A stretch of 57,566 nucleotides of DNA, taken from Patescibacteria group bacterium (lineage in GTDB: Bacteria; Patescibacteriota; Patescibacteriia; Magasanikbacterales; UBA922). The first letter of the stretch is position 1; each line of letters begins with the position of its first letter. This document shows, piece after piece, positions 26,307-35,517 of the stretch. Location: positions 90,341-147,906 of the forward strand of contig JBAZIZ010000004.1 in the NCBI GenBank assembly GCA_041651535.1, read 5' to 3'. The notes under the pieces were generated by a model. The model had not been told where the DNA came from. It searched no databases and saw only the letters and a list, made by a program, of their open reading frames with translations. Made by a program: the position numbers and the translations under genes.

Positions 26307-27167
26307 TTATAAAGTTGTAGTAATACCATAATTATTCAATAAAGTTTCTATGTTATAATCTAAAGGCAAATCATTTTCCGCTGAATATTTAACCGCATTA
26401 GCAATCAACATTAATTCATTCAGTTCATCAATTAACTGGTTGTGGTAATCTAATTTTTGATAATAATTAGTATCTTCTAATAATTTAGCTTGTTGTCCCA
26501 ATATAAAATTCATAGCTATGGGCTTCTCTTCTATAGAATAGTATTCGTCCTCAATTTCTACTATTTCTTCTTTTAAGGAATTAGCTTCTTCATTTCTTTC
26601 TTCCATTATTTCAAGTAACAACGTATTAACACGAACTGCTTCTTTATATATGTTTTCAATTCTTTTTTCTTCTATTTGTTTAAGTAATTCTTCTTGTTCT
26701 TCTTCGGCTGCTTTTGCCTCAGCTTCAGCCTGTTTTTTAGCTTCCTCTTCAGTTTGTCTTTTTATTTCAAGTTCTTTTTGTCTTTCTTCTTCGGCTTGTT
26801 TAAGTAATTCTTCTTGTTCTTCTTCGGCTGCTTTTTCCTCAGCTTCTTTTTTTGTATTTTCTTCAATCCCCACTATTTCTTCTTCATCTTGGTTTTGTTC
26901 TTTCTGTAAATCTTCTACAAAAATTTTTATTTTTTCTTGATTTTGTGTTATAGAATCTAATTTCGTTTGCTCTTTCTCTTCCACATTTTCTTCCAAAGTG
27001 GAAGATGTATTTTCTATTTTATTTTTTAACTCTAAATTTATTTTCTGTAAATTCTCAATCATTTCGTCTTTTTCTGATTGATCATTTTCACACCCAGCAC
27101 CCAGAATAGTAAAAAATGTAATTATAAAAAATAAAACGATTATTTTTTTATTGATTGTGCAAAACAT
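26307..27167 (-). CDS. lipoprotein with E/K-rich coiled-coil repeats
   Basis: Lipobox-like ILGAGC after a signal peptide. Internal 40-aa duplication (AAEEEQEELLKQ.EE). Confidence 0.6.
   Translation of the reverse strand: MFCTINKKIIVLFFIITFFTILGAGCENDQSEKDEMIENLQKINLELKNKIENTSSTLEENVEEKEQTKLDSITQNQEKIKIFVEDLQKEQNQDEEEIVGIEENTKKEAEEKAAEEEQEELLKQAEEERQKELEIKRQTEEEAKKQAEAEAKAAEEEQEELLKQIEEKRIENIYKEAVRVNTLLLEIMEERNEEANSLKEEIVEIEDEYYSIEEKPIAMNFILGQQAKLLEDTNYYQKLDYHNQLIDELNELMLIANAVKYSAENDLPLDYNIETLLNNYGITTTL
26677..26847. repeat. in-frame tandem-type duplication inside the lipoprotein gene (51-nt units 120 nt apart)
   Basis: 26677-26727 and 26797-26847 differ at 1 position. Confidence 0.8.
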
Positions 27168-27193
27168 AATTATTATGATTAAATATATTTTTT

Positions 27194-27341
27194 AAAACAA
27201 AAAAGGACGTGAGTTTGGATACACTGTTGCTTCATCCCGCAAAAGGAATTGGCTAAGTGAACTCACGCCCATCTCTGGTACCTAGTCAGAAAAACCATAA
27301 GATGGGCAATCAATTTGCGGAATTATTTTTGCAGTGTATCC
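27194..27341 (-). ncRNA. candidate structured RNA / riboswitch-like leader, class unknown
   Basis: Perfect helices: 27217-27226/27332-27341 (10 bp), 27237-27243/27314-27320 (7 bp), 27268-27274/27300-27306 (7 bp), 27208-27215/27260-27267 (8 bp, crossing the first two). The minus sense ends in UCCUUUUUUGUUUU. The island is GC-richer than its flanks. Confidence 0.45.
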
Positions 27342-27412
27342 AAAATAATTATATTATAAAAAATCAATATAGTCAAAAAATATTATTAAAAAACCACTAT
27401 AAGCTATAGTAG

Positions 27413-27447
27413 TTTTTTAATTTTGCATTTTGCATTAATTTTATTTT
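27413..27447. repeat. A/T-rich motif copy 4 (TTTTTTAATTTTGCATTTTGCATTAATTTTATTTT)
   Basis: Lies between the rpsA stop (27441-27443) and an upstream-coordinate hairpin (CACTATA/TATAGTA). Confidence 0.65.
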
Positions 27448-28616
27448 TTTTCTTCAGTTTTTTCTTCTTCATTTTCTTTTGTATCTTTTGTGTCTTTTTT
27501 TGTTTTTTCAGTATTTTCTTCTTCTTTTTTCTTACCAACTCCTTCAAGTTTTAAACCTAGACGGTGTTCTTGTGGTTCGATAGAAATTATTTCAAATCTT
27601 CTTTTTTCACCAATACTAAATTTTTCTAACAAAACTTTTACATCACTAATTCTTTTGTCAGTCAAATCAGAAATATGAGCTAAACCATGAATTTGATCAT
27701 CAAGTTTGATCATCAAACCAAATTGTTCAATTTTATGAATTTCACCTTCAACAATAGAACCAATTTTATATTTTTCTTTTACTGTTTTCCATGGATCATC
27801 TACCAATCTTTTTAAAGATAGATAAATTTTTGATTTATTTAAATCAATAATTTGAGCTTTTACTTTGTCACCTGCTTTTAAAACATCTTTTGGGTGATCT
27901 ATTCTTTGCCAAACTATTTCTGAAATATGAACCAAACCTTCTAAACCTTCACCAAATTTGATAAAAGCTCCAAAAGGAGTAAGCGCACTTACTTCACCGG
28001 AAACAACATCACCAATTTTATAAGAATCTAAAATATTTTTTTGTTCATCTTCCCAAATTTCTTTTTCAGAAAAAATTAGTTTGTCTTCATTAGCATTAGC
28101 ATCCAAAACTTTTACTTTTATATTTTTACCGATAAAAGAACGTAAATGTTCTAAAATTCTATTTTTATCACCACCTTGAACACGTGGATAATTATCAGGA
28201 TTAAGTTGAGAAACTGGCATAAAACCTACTAAAGCATCAGCTTTTAGCATAAGTCCGCCTTTGTTTGCTTGTAAAACTTTAGCAGAAATTACTTTGCCTT
28301 CTTTGGCATATTCAGCCATTCTGTCCCAAATCAATTTTTTACCAGCAGTACGGAATGAAAGTTCCATTTCGCCGTTTTCATTTTCTACTTCAACAACAGT
28401 GGCTTCAACTTCGTCGCCAACTTTTGTATCAGAAAATTCTCTTGATTCACTAAAAAGTTCATTTCCTCTAACAACGCCGATCACTAAACCGTTGATATCG
28501 ATTCTGATTTCGCCTTTGTCTATGGAAATAACTTTCCCTTTAATTAAATCCCCCTCTTTTGGTATGTTTGCGTAAAAATCTTCTAAAAGATCCGCAAATT
28601 TTTTACTATTTGTCAT
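27441..28616 (-). CDS. rpsA: 30S ribosomal protein S1 (four S1 domains, K/E-rich tail)
   Basis: Repeated G.V..G.V....FGAF. S1-domain pattern. Confidence 0.9.
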   Translation of the reverse strand: MTNSKKFADLLEDFYANIPKEGDLIKGKVISIDKGEIRIDINGLVIGVVRGNELFSESREFSDTKVGDEVEATVVEVENENGEMELSFRTAGKKLIWDRMAEYAKEGKVISAKVLQANKGGLMLKADALVGFMPVSQLNPDNYPRVQGGDKNRILEHLRSFIGKNIKVKVLDANANEDKLIFSEKEIWEDEQKNILDSYKIGDVVSGEVSALTPFGAFIKFGEGLEGLVHISEIVWQRIDHPKDVLKAGDKVKAQIIDLNKSKIYLSLKRLVDDPWKTVKEKYKIGSIVEGEIHKIEQFGLMIKLDDQIHGLAHISDLTDKRISDVKVLLEKFSIGEKRRFEIISIEPQEHRLGLKLEGVGKKKEEENTEKTKKDTKDTKENEEEKTEEKK

Positions 28617-28809
28617 ATTTTCGCGTATAACGCGTCAAATGATTAACCTGAAAAATCAAGTTTTTGAGAGCTTACCTCAAAAATTTATTAAAAGCCTGTT
28701 AAGCTTACCACAAAATCATCTTTTTTTCAAGAGACGACACTGGGGACAATTTTTTTATAATAAACTGTTAAAAATAGGCTGTAAAAATTAGTTTTTAGAC
28801 TATTTTTTT

Positions 28810-28838
28810 CTTGCCAAAAAAGTCTTGATTTGATATAA
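28810..28838 (+). promoter_or_regulatory. promoter TTGCCA-17-TATAAT for the 28874 gene
   Basis: cTTGCCAaaaaagtcttgatttgaTATAATag. Confidence 0.5.
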
Positions 28839-28873
28839 TAGACTAATATTTTTTCATAATTTAAATAAATTTT

Positions 28874-29488
28874 ATGCATATAACTTGGCTTGGAAACACC
28901 GCAATAAAAATACAAACAAAACCTGCTGATGTTGATTTGACAGTAGTCATAGATCCTTACAAACAAGAACAAGGAGAATTTCCTCGTAGTCTAACTCCAA
29001 ATATTGCAATTTTCACTCGTGGTGAAAAAAATTCTATAACTTTATCAGGTAATCCATATATTTTATCTACAGCTGGCGAAGTTGATATAAAAGATGTCAT
29101 GGTTTCTGCAGTAGAAGGACATAGCGAAGAAGAAACTATGATCCGAATTGATGTAGAAAAATTAAGTTTAGGACATTTAGGATTAACAAACAAAACCTTA
29201 ACTGAAAAACAAATTGATTTATTATCAGGTGTTGATATTCTTTTTATTCCAGTTGGCAATGAAAAATCTTTTGATACTGAACAAGCTATCAAAACAATAA
29301 ATAGTATTGAACCAAGAATTGTAATCCCAATGGCTTACAAAAGTGATAATGATCCAAAAGCTAAAGACATAGATAATTTCTTAAAAGAACTAGGTTTAAA
29401 AGATATAAATCCAGAAAAGAAAATTATTATTAAGAAAAAAGATCTTCCAGAAGAAGAAATGAAAATTATGTTATTGGAAAAAGAATAA
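28874..29488 (+). CDS. metallo-beta-lactamase-fold hydrolase-like protein (UPF0173-like)
   Basis: MHITWLGNTAIKIQT...VVIDPY opening is typical of this family. The canonical HxHxDH was not seen, so function is uncertain. Confidence 0.5.
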   Translation: MHITWLGNTAIKIQTKPADVDLTVVIDPYKQEQGEFPRSLTPNIAIFTRGEKNSITLSGNPYILSTAGEVDIKDVMVSAVEGHSEEETMIRIDVEKLSLGHLGLTNKTLTEKQIDLLSGVDILFIPVGNEKSFDTEQAIKTINSIEPRIVIPMAYKSDNDPKAKDIDNFLKELGLKDINPEKKIIIKKKDLPEEEMKIMLLEKE

Positions 29489-29498
29489 AAATAATTTT

Positions 29499-29948
29499 AT
29501 GAACGAAAAAATTACAGAAAATTCTGATTTTGAAAAAACAGTTGATGAAATATCAGATATTTTAAAAGAAGAAACTAAGAAAAAAAATTTAGAGAAAAAA
29601 AAACCAATTTATGAATCACCAATTGCTGGACAAAAAATACTTTTTTGGGGTGTTTTATTTTTTGTGTTATTAATAATTTTTTTGTGGTTAAGTAATGTTT
29701 ATGGGTTATTTAATAAAAATCAAAATATTGCACAAGAATCAGAAAAAATTATTGATGAGACAAAACAAGATTTAAAAGAAGTAATGAATAATATTGGAAC
29801 AAAATTAGAATCAATAAAAATTGAAGAAGATACAGTCTCGACAACAAATTCAAAAAATGAAGAAGGAAAAATGATTGAAAATATTTTAAATGAATTAAAA
29901 CAAATAAATACTTCAACTACAGATGTTGAAAAAAATAATTTAAATTAA
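29499..29948 (+). CDS. membrane-anchored hypothetical protein (149 aa)
   Basis: One central TM helix. K/E-rich. Confidence 0.5.
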   Translation: MNEKITENSDFEKTVDEISDILKEETKKKNLEKKKPIYESPIAGQKILFWGVLFFVLLIIFLWLSNVYGLFNKNQNIAQESEKIIDETKQDLKEVMNNIGTKLESIKIEEDTVSTTNSKNEEGKMIENILNELKQINTSTTDVEKNNLN

Positions 29949-29952
29949 ATTT

Positions 29953-32484
29953 ATGCCATTAATCAAGAAAAAATCGACTTTACAAAAAAAATCTAACGAA
30001 AAAACAGAAACAGAAGTTATAAACACAGAAGAAACTACAAAAAAAACTGATAAAATTTTACCAATTGTTTTGGAAGAAGAAATGAAAACTTCTTATTTGG
30101 ATTATGCCATGAGTGTTATTGTGTCTCGTGCTTTGCCTGATGTTCGCGATGGTTTAAAACCAGTTCATCGTCGTATTTTATATGCCATGTGGAATATTGG
30201 GTTAAAACACACTGCTAAATTTAGAAAATCAGCTCACGTAGTCGGAGAAGTAATGGCAAAATATCATCCACACGGCGACAGTGCTATTTATGATTCAATG
30301 GTTAGAATGGCTCAAGATTTTAATATGAGAAATCCTTTAGTCAATGGACAAGGAAACTTTGGTTCTATGGATGGTGATGGCGCAGCTGCAATGCGTTATA
30401 CTGAAGCAAAATTAAAAGCTATTTCTGACGAAGTATTAACTGACATTGAAAAAAACACTGTTGATTTTGTAGCAACTTATGATGGATCACATCGTGAACC
30501 AAAAGTATTACCAAGCAAATTACCAATGCTTCTTTTAAACGGTAGTATGGGTATTGCTGTTGGTATGGCAACAAATATACCTCCTCACAATTTAGGTGAA
30601 TTATGCGATGGTATAATTTATTTAATTGATAAACCAAATGCTAGTATAGAAGAACTTTGTGAAATAATAAAAGGACCAGACTTCCCTACTGGCGGGATAA
30701 TTTATAATCAAAATGATATCAATACAGCTTATGCTACAGGAAGAGGCGGAATTGTGGTACGAGCTAAAACAAAAATTGAAGAAATGGCTGGTGATAAATA
30801 TAGAATTTTAGTTACTGAAGTTCCTTATCAAATAAACAAAGCAACTTTATTAGAAAAAATTGCTACTTTAGTACAAGAAAAAAAGATTGATGGTATAAAG
30901 GATTTGCGTGATGAAACAAACAAAGATGGAGTTCGCATCGTAATTGAATTAAAAAAAGATGCTTATCCAAAAAAAGTTTTAAATCGACTTTTTAAATTAA
31001 CTGAGCTTCAAACAAGTTTTCATGTAAACATGATTGCTTTAGTAGATGGTGGAATCCAACCAAGAATTTTAAATTTAAAATCAATTTTAGAAGAATATGT
31101 AGCTCACCGACAAATCGTAGTTGTTCGCCGTACAGAATTTGATTTAGAAAAAGCAAAAGATCGTGCTCATATTTTAGAAGGTTTAAAAAAAGCTTTAGAT
31201 AAAATTGATTTAATAATTGCTACAATTAGAAAATCAAAAGATAAAGAAGAAGCAAAAATAAATTTGATGTCTAAATTTAAATTTAGTGAAAGACAAACAC
31301 AAGCAATTTTAGAAATGAAATTACAACAATTAGCCAATTTGGAAAGACAAAAAATTGAAGATGAACTCAAAGAAAAAATGAAAATCATCGCCGAGTTAGA
31401 AGCAATTTTAAAAAGTCCAAAAAAAGTTTTGGATATAATAAAAAACGAAACAAAAGAAATGAAAGAAAAATATGCTGATGAAAGACGAACCCAAATAATT
31501 AAACAAGGTATAAAAGATTTTAGCGTTGAAGACTTAGTACCAAATGAACCAACACTCATTATCTCAACAAAAGATGGCTATATAAAAAGATTGCCACCAG
31601 ATACTTTTAAAACTCAATCACGTGGTGGTAAAGGAGTAATCGGATTAACCACAAAAGAAGAAGATGTTGTTGACCAAATTATTTCAACTAACACTCATGA
31701 TAATATTTTATTTTTTACTAGTCGCGGAAGAGTTTTCCAACTTCGAGCTTATGACATACCACAAACAACTAGAACTTCAAAAGGACAGGCTTTGGTAAAT
31801 TTCTTACAACTTGCTCCAAATGAAAAAGTTTCAGCTATATTATCTATGGATGATATGGGAAAATATGCTTATTTAGTAATGACAACTAACAAAGGAACAA
31901 TCAAAAAAACAAAATTAGAAGATTTTAAAAATGTTAGAAAATCAGGACTTATAGCTTTAAAATTAAAAGAAGATGATATGCTTGAATGGGTTTTACCTTC
32001 AAACGGCAACAATGATATTATGCTTGTATCTTCTCTCGGACAAGCAATCAGATTCAAAGAAACTGGAGTTAGAGCAATGGGTAGAACAGCCAGCGGTGTT
32101 CGTGCTATGAGATTGAAATCAAAAGATGAAATAATTGGTATGGGCGTGATTTCTACTGATTTAGTTAAGAAAAAAGTTTTAGAATTATTAGTTGTTTCTG
32201 AAAATGGTCTTGGTAAAAGAACTCCGATCAGTGAATACAAAGTTCAAGGTCGTGGCGGTAGTGGTATAAAAACAATGGCAATCACAGAAAAAACTGGAAA
32301 AATAATTTCTACACGTGTAATCAATAATACTGAAGAAAAAGATATTATGCTGATGTCTGTACACGGACAAGCAATCAGAACTGGAGTAAAATCTATTTCA
32401 ACTTTAGGAAGAGCAACTCAAGGAGTAAGAATAATGAGATTTAAAAAAGAAGGTGATAAAGTTGCGAGCATTGCGATTATCTAA
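29953..32484 (+). CDS. gyrA: DNA gyrase subunit A
   Basis: [27 protein letters not shown], active-site region AAMRYTE, C-terminal beta-pinwheel repeats. Confidence 0.97.
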   Translation: MPLIKKKSTLQKKSNEKTETEVINTEETTKKTDKILPIVLEEEMKTSYLDYAMSVIVSRALPDVRDGLKPVHRRILYAMWNIGLKHTAKFRKSAHVVGEVMAKYHPHGDSAIYDSMVRMAQDFNMRNPLVNGQGNFGSMDGDGAAAMRYTEAKLKAISDEVLTDIEKNTVDFVATYDGSHREPKVLPSKLPMLLLNGSMGIAVGMATNIPPHNLGELCDGIIYLIDKPNASIEELCEIIKGPDFPTGGIIYNQNDINTAYATGRGGIVVRAKTKIEEMAGDKYRILVTEVPYQINKATLLEKIATLVQEKKIDGIKDLRDETNKDGVRIVIELKKDAYPKKVLNRLFKLTELQTSFHVNMIALVDGGIQPRILNLKSILEEYVAHRQIVVVRRTEFDLEKAKDRAHILEGLKKALDKIDLIIATIRKSKDKEEAKINLMSKFKFSERQTQAILEMKLQQLANLERQKIEDELKEKMKIIAELEAILKSPKKVLDIIKNETKEMKEKYADERRTQIIKQGIKDFSVEDLVPNEPTLIISTKDGYIKRLPPDTFKTQSRGGKGVIGLTTKEEDVVDQIISTNTHDNILFFTSRGRVFQLRAYDIPQTTRTSKGQALVNFLQLAPNEKVSAILSMDDMGKYAYLVMTTNKGTIKKTKLEDFKNVRKSGLIALKLKEDDMLEWVLPSNGNNDIMLVSSLGQAIRFKETGVRAMGRTASGVRAMRLKSKDEIIGMGVISTDLVKKKVLELLVVSENGLGKRTPISEYKVQGRGGSGIKTMAITEKTGKIISTRVINNTEEKDIMLMSVHGQAIRTGVKSISTLGRATQGVRIMRFKKEGDKVASIAII

Positions 32485-32502
32485 AAGAATAATAAAAATA
32501 AG

Positions 32503-32525
32503 ACTCCTGTAAAAGGGAGTTTTTT
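32503..32525 (+). terminator. gyrA intrinsic terminator
   Basis: ACTCC-TGTAAAAG-GGAGT followed by TTTTT. Confidence 0.75.
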
Positions 32526-32526
32526 A

Positions 32527-32582
32527 GTATCATACCAATTTAAACGAGAAACGTAAGTCTCTCGCTCAAATTGGTTTGGTAC
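32527..32582. other. long imperfect hairpin between the gyrA terminator and the small-ORF cassette promoter
   Basis: GTATC-AT-ACCAATTT-AAA-CGAGA-loop-TCTCG-CTC-AAATTGGT-TT-GGTAC. Confidence 0.5.
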
Positions 32583-32653
32583 TTTATTGACAAAATAGCA
32601 AAATTGAGGTAGTTTTAAAGTAGTTATTTACAATTTAATTTTTGGAGAAAAAG

Positions 32654-33031
32654 ATGAGTGAACAAAAAGAAAGTTTGATTGAGCTTCCAGATGGTTTTGA
32701 AGTGACTGACTATTTCATAAATTATGAAGCTGGCGATACTATATTATGGTTTTGCCGAACCTGTACAAAAAAAACAGGTTGCGAACACCAGAAATATTTA
32801 AGGCAAGCAATGGGAGAAAATTTTCCTTTTTGGTCTAAGAAATTTATTTTAGTAAAATGTTATCCTGACAAAAAAGTACCTTTCTATCCTAAAGATACTA
32901 CTTTTTGTGAAGATTACGAAAGTTTCCAGACAAAGCTTCCCTTTCCATCTTTTTCTGATGGGGTATTAAAGTTAATTGAATATATAAATGAAATGTACGA
33001 TGATAAAGATGAAGAGGAAACAAATGAGTGA
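32654..33031 (+). CDS. hypothetical protein with CxxC...CxH cluster (125 aa)
   Basis: GGAGAAAAAGATG SD favours ATG 32654 over the TTG at 32642. Has WFCRTCTKKTGCEH and an acidic tail. Confidence 0.5.
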   Translation: MSEQKESLIELPDGFEVTDYFINYEAGDTILWFCRTCTKKTGCEHQKYLRQAMGENFPFWSKKFILVKCYPDKKVPFYPKDTTFCEDYESFQTKLPFPSFSDGVLKLIEYINEMYDDKDEEETNE

Positions 33032-33389
33032 ACTAAAAAATATAGCTTGGAAAAATCTGAAAGAAGACTTCACAAATTTTTTTGAAAAACCAATGGTCTT
33101 TCCAACTAAAATTGGGGAGATTTATCCTTTGATCGACCAAAAAACAGGTGAAGATTTTCTTGGTATTTACATTGGTAAACACCAATTATACAAAGGAGAA
33201 AAAAAAGAAAAAATTCTTTTTGTTTTTCCAAACAAAAGGGATTTAATAATTTTTTCTTCCAACAACTTTTTTGTAAGTGAGGAAGAAGAGTGTTTTTTAC
33301 CCCCGACTCTCCCAGCAGGGTTGTCTGTAAGCAAAAACTGTATTGCGGACAAAAAAATAAAAAAAATCTTCTCAAAAAATTCGGAATAA
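33024..33389 (+). CDS. hypothetical protein (121 aa)
   Basis: ATGAGTGA start/stop overlap with the previous ORF. GAGGAAACAAATG SD. Confidence 0.5.
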   Translation: MSELKNIAWKNLKEDFTNFFEKPMVFPTKIGEIYPLIDQKTGEDFLGIYIGKHQLYKGEKKEKILFVFPNKRDLIIFSSNNFFVSEEEECFLPPTLPAGLSVSKNCIADKKIKKIFSKNSE

Positions 33390-33415
33390 AATTAATCAAA
33401 TAAACGGAGAAAACA

Positions 33416-33670
33416 ATGAAAAATTTTTCAATAAAAAGCCATAAAAGTGATTTTGTTTTTGTAATTTATTTTGGTATTTTACTTTTTATACCAAAAAAAA
33501 TAAAATACATAGCAACCAGTAATAATGGTAAACTCAGAGGCTTTTTCATAAAGCCAGAATTTAACGAAATAACCAAAAGCTGGGAAAGCCATGTCCCAGA
33601 AGACTGCTCAATTTCTTTGGGCAGAATAAAATATGATGGCGACCCAAGATCTTCTTTAAAGAAGATATAA
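33416..33670 (+). CDS. hypothetical small membrane protein (84 aa)
   Basis: ACGGAGAAAACAATG SD. One TM helix. Confidence 0.45.
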   Translation: MKNFSIKSHKSDFVFVIYFGILLFIPKKIKYIATSNNGKLRGFFIKPEFNEITKSWESHVPEDCSISLGRIKYDGDPRSSLKKI

Positions 33671-33701
33671 AAAATTATTATTTTTTTTAAAGGAGAGATA
33701 T

Positions 33702-33794
33702 ATGAACTTTTACTTTTTTAATGATCCTCTTGATGCCGAAGCTATGTCTTCGGACGAAAGAAAAGTATCCGAAGATTTTGACAGATGTGGTTAA
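33702..33794 (+). CDS. hypothetical 30-aa peptide MNFYFFNDPLDAEAMSSDERKVSEDFDRCG
   Basis: AAGGAGAGATATATG SD. Followed by a strong terminator. Below the ORF-track length cutoff. Confidence 0.35.
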   Translation: MNFYFFNDPLDAEAMSSDERKVSEDFDRCG

Positions 33795-33816
33795 ACCACA
33801 ATCTGCAGAATCTTCT

Positions 33817-33847
33817 AACCTGGGCTTCGGCTCGGGTTTTATTTTTT
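33817..33847 (+). terminator. UUCG-tetraloop terminator (AACCUGGGC-UUCG-GCUCGGGUU + U-run)
   Basis: 9-bp stem. Same hairpin core as 17503-17520 on the opposite strand. Confidence 0.8.
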
Positions 33848-33856
33848 AAACAAAAA

Positions 33857-33878
33857 GCTACTTAATATAAGTAGTCTT
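33857..33878 (-). terminator. terminator hairpin for the methyltransferase gene
   Basis: CTACTTA/TAAGTAG stem with flanking A/T runs. Confidence 0.55.
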
Positions 33879-33887
33879 TTTATAAAA

Positions 33888-33927
33888 ATAACCCCACCTT
33901 GATCCTCCCCCTAATAGGGGAGGAAAA
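33888..33927. repeat. GC-hairpin repeat element copy A (AACCCCACCTTGATCCTCCCCCTAATAGGGGAGG)
   Basis: The reverse complement aligns with 56938-56979 over about 40 nt. Confidence 0.7.
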
Positions 33928-33939
33928 AAATCTGAAATC

Positions 33940-35070
33940 TTAATTCTTAAATTTAAATATTTCTCTTTCTACCACTTGTCCTGGACGAGCATAAACTAAA
34001 GTTTTTTGTTTTTTAAATCCAACATTTTCAAAACCAATTTTTTCTATTTCTTTTTTACAATCAATTTCTAAAATTTTACCTTGAATATTAAATCTTGGGA
34101 TAATGCCTAAAATAATTCCGTCCTTTTTTAAAATTTTCTTGAATTCTGTAAAAGCATCTACAAAAAGATTTCTTAATTCCATTATTTGCTTTAAAATCAT
34201 TTTTTCATCTTCTCTGCCTCTGATCGGTTTACCCATAAACGGTTCAAAAACAATAAAATCAATTGATTTAAGGGAAATTTTTTGTGATAATTCTCTGACA
34301 TCAGATTTAAAAATTTTAACTGAAATTTTTTCATTTTTTTTGCGAGAAGTATTTATTAACCAAGTAATATTTTTTTCTGTATCAGTCACTGCTTTGGCTG
34401 ATAAATCACTACCGATAATTTTTTCAAAACCAAGATCAATAGCTTCAGTCAAAACTGTTCCACTACCACAAAATGGATCTAACAAAACTTTTTCTTTTTC
34501 TTGTCCAGCTAAATTGATCATAATTCTAGCAAGTTTTGGTGGCAACATTCCACTCACACTATCACTTTGTGGACGATCAAAATCACGTCGAGAAAATTCT
34601 TCTATATCTTGTATTGCCAAAGTTACAAAAACACCTTTTTTATCAATAAAAAAATCTCCACCTTTATCTAAAATATCATTATGAATAACGCTAGCACTAT
34701 TTTTTATTTCTACATATCTAGCTGAAATTCCTTCTTTTTTTAAATTTTTTTTCATTTCTATTCCTAGTCTTTGGGCATATTTTTTATCTTCAGCTGAAAT
34801 AGAAAACACTATTTTAGATTCTCGTTTTTTATTTTTCAAAAATTCCACTATTTCTTTTTGAGAATTTGAACCTAAAAATTGTGATATTTTTACCGTGCCA
34901 CCTAAATCACGCATAATTTCTGTGGCATCAATTATAAAATCAATTTCAAAAAAAGCTTGTTTTTGTTTTTGTTCAAGCAATTCATATTTGATGTTTTTTC
35001 TTTCTAAAACTGAAAAAATTTCTTCCAAAGAAATTTGTGGTTGATGACCGAGTTCAAATAAATAAAGCAT
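33940..35070 (-). CDS. class I SAM-dependent RNA methyltransferase (Trm11/Trm-G10/RlmL-like)
   Basis: LLDPFCGSGTVLTEA SAM motif I and FEPFMG (degenerate D/NPPY/F motif IV). Confidence 0.6.
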   Translation of the reverse strand: MLYLFELGHQPQISLEEIFSVLERKNIKYELLEQKQKQAFFEIDFIIDATEIMRDLGGTVKISQFLGSNSQKEIVEFLKNKKRESKIVFSISAEDKKYAQRLGIEMKKNLKKEGISARYVEIKNSASVIHNDILDKGGDFFIDKKGVFVTLAIQDIEEFSRRDFDRPQSDSVSGMLPPKLARIMINLAGQEKEKVLLDPFCGSGTVLTEAIDLGFEKIIGSDLSAKAVTDTEKNITWLINTSRKKNEKISVKIFKSDVRELSQKISLKSIDFIVFEPFMGKPIRGREDEKMILKQIMELRNLFVDAFTEFKKILKKDGIILGIIPRFNIQGKILEIDCKKEIEKIGFENVGFKKQKTLVYARPGQVVEREIFKFKN

Positions 35071-35079
35071 AAAAAAATA

Positions 35080-35514
35080 TTATAAAGAAATTTCAATTTG
35101 ATCTTTTTTTTCTGATGGTTCTGAAAGCAAAGAATTATTTTGTGTTTTTGTTTCTTCTACCAATTCTTTAATTGCTAAATCTGCTTCTGTACTTAATTTA
35201 TTTTCTTCAAAAATAGTTGTAGTAGAAACAACAGTTTGATAAAAAGGATCCATTTTAATGTAAATTTTGTCTTTTTTTATTTTATTTTGCCAAGCCGTTA
35301 AAGTCTTTTCATACAAATCAAAATCAATTGGTTCAAAATCTGGATTAATTTTTACTAAAACATGATTTTTTCCAGTATCAATAGTTTTATAAATATTATG
35401 ATAAATAAAACATAAAGAAGCAAGAGCAATCACAGCCACAAAAGCAATAATTACATAATTTAAAATTATAATTTTCTCAACTTTGTTTTTTTCAAAAAAC
35501 ATTTGGTTTTTCAT
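35080..35514 (-). CDS. membrane-anchored hypothetical protein, distal gene of the pilus operon
   Basis: One TM helix. Position after pilO-like. Confidence 0.45.
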   Translation of the reverse strand: MKNQMFFEKNKVEKIIILNYVIIAFVAVIALASLCFIYHNIYKTIDTGKNHVLVKINPDFEPIDFDLYEKTLTAWQNKIKKDKIYIKMDPFYQTVVSTTTIFEENKLSTEADLAIKELVEETKTQNNSLLSEPSEKKDQIEISL

Positions 35515-35517
35515 ATT

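Noticed and set aside
26677-26847. Spaced direct repeats as a possible CRISPR-like array.
   Set aside because: There are only two units, they are in frame inside a coding sequence (40-aa protein duplication), and there are no cas genes or further repeats.
26650-26940. 96-aa plus-strand Ser/Cys/Phe-rich ORF.
   Set aside because: It is the antisense shadow of the E/K-rich repeat region of the lipoprotein gene (GAA/AAG repeats read as TTC/CTT).
27275-27283. UGGUACC heptamer inside the structured element, as a possible third T-box.
   Set aside because: GGTACC is palindromic, so it appears on both strands. There are no flanking A1/A2 helices of T-box type, no AGGG/GCG context, no Stem I or specifier, and no aaRS or amino-acid gene downstream.
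32642-32653. TTG start (MEKKM...) for the first cassette ORF.
   Set aside because: The TTG lies inside the GGAGAAAAAG SD that is correctly spaced for ATG 32654.
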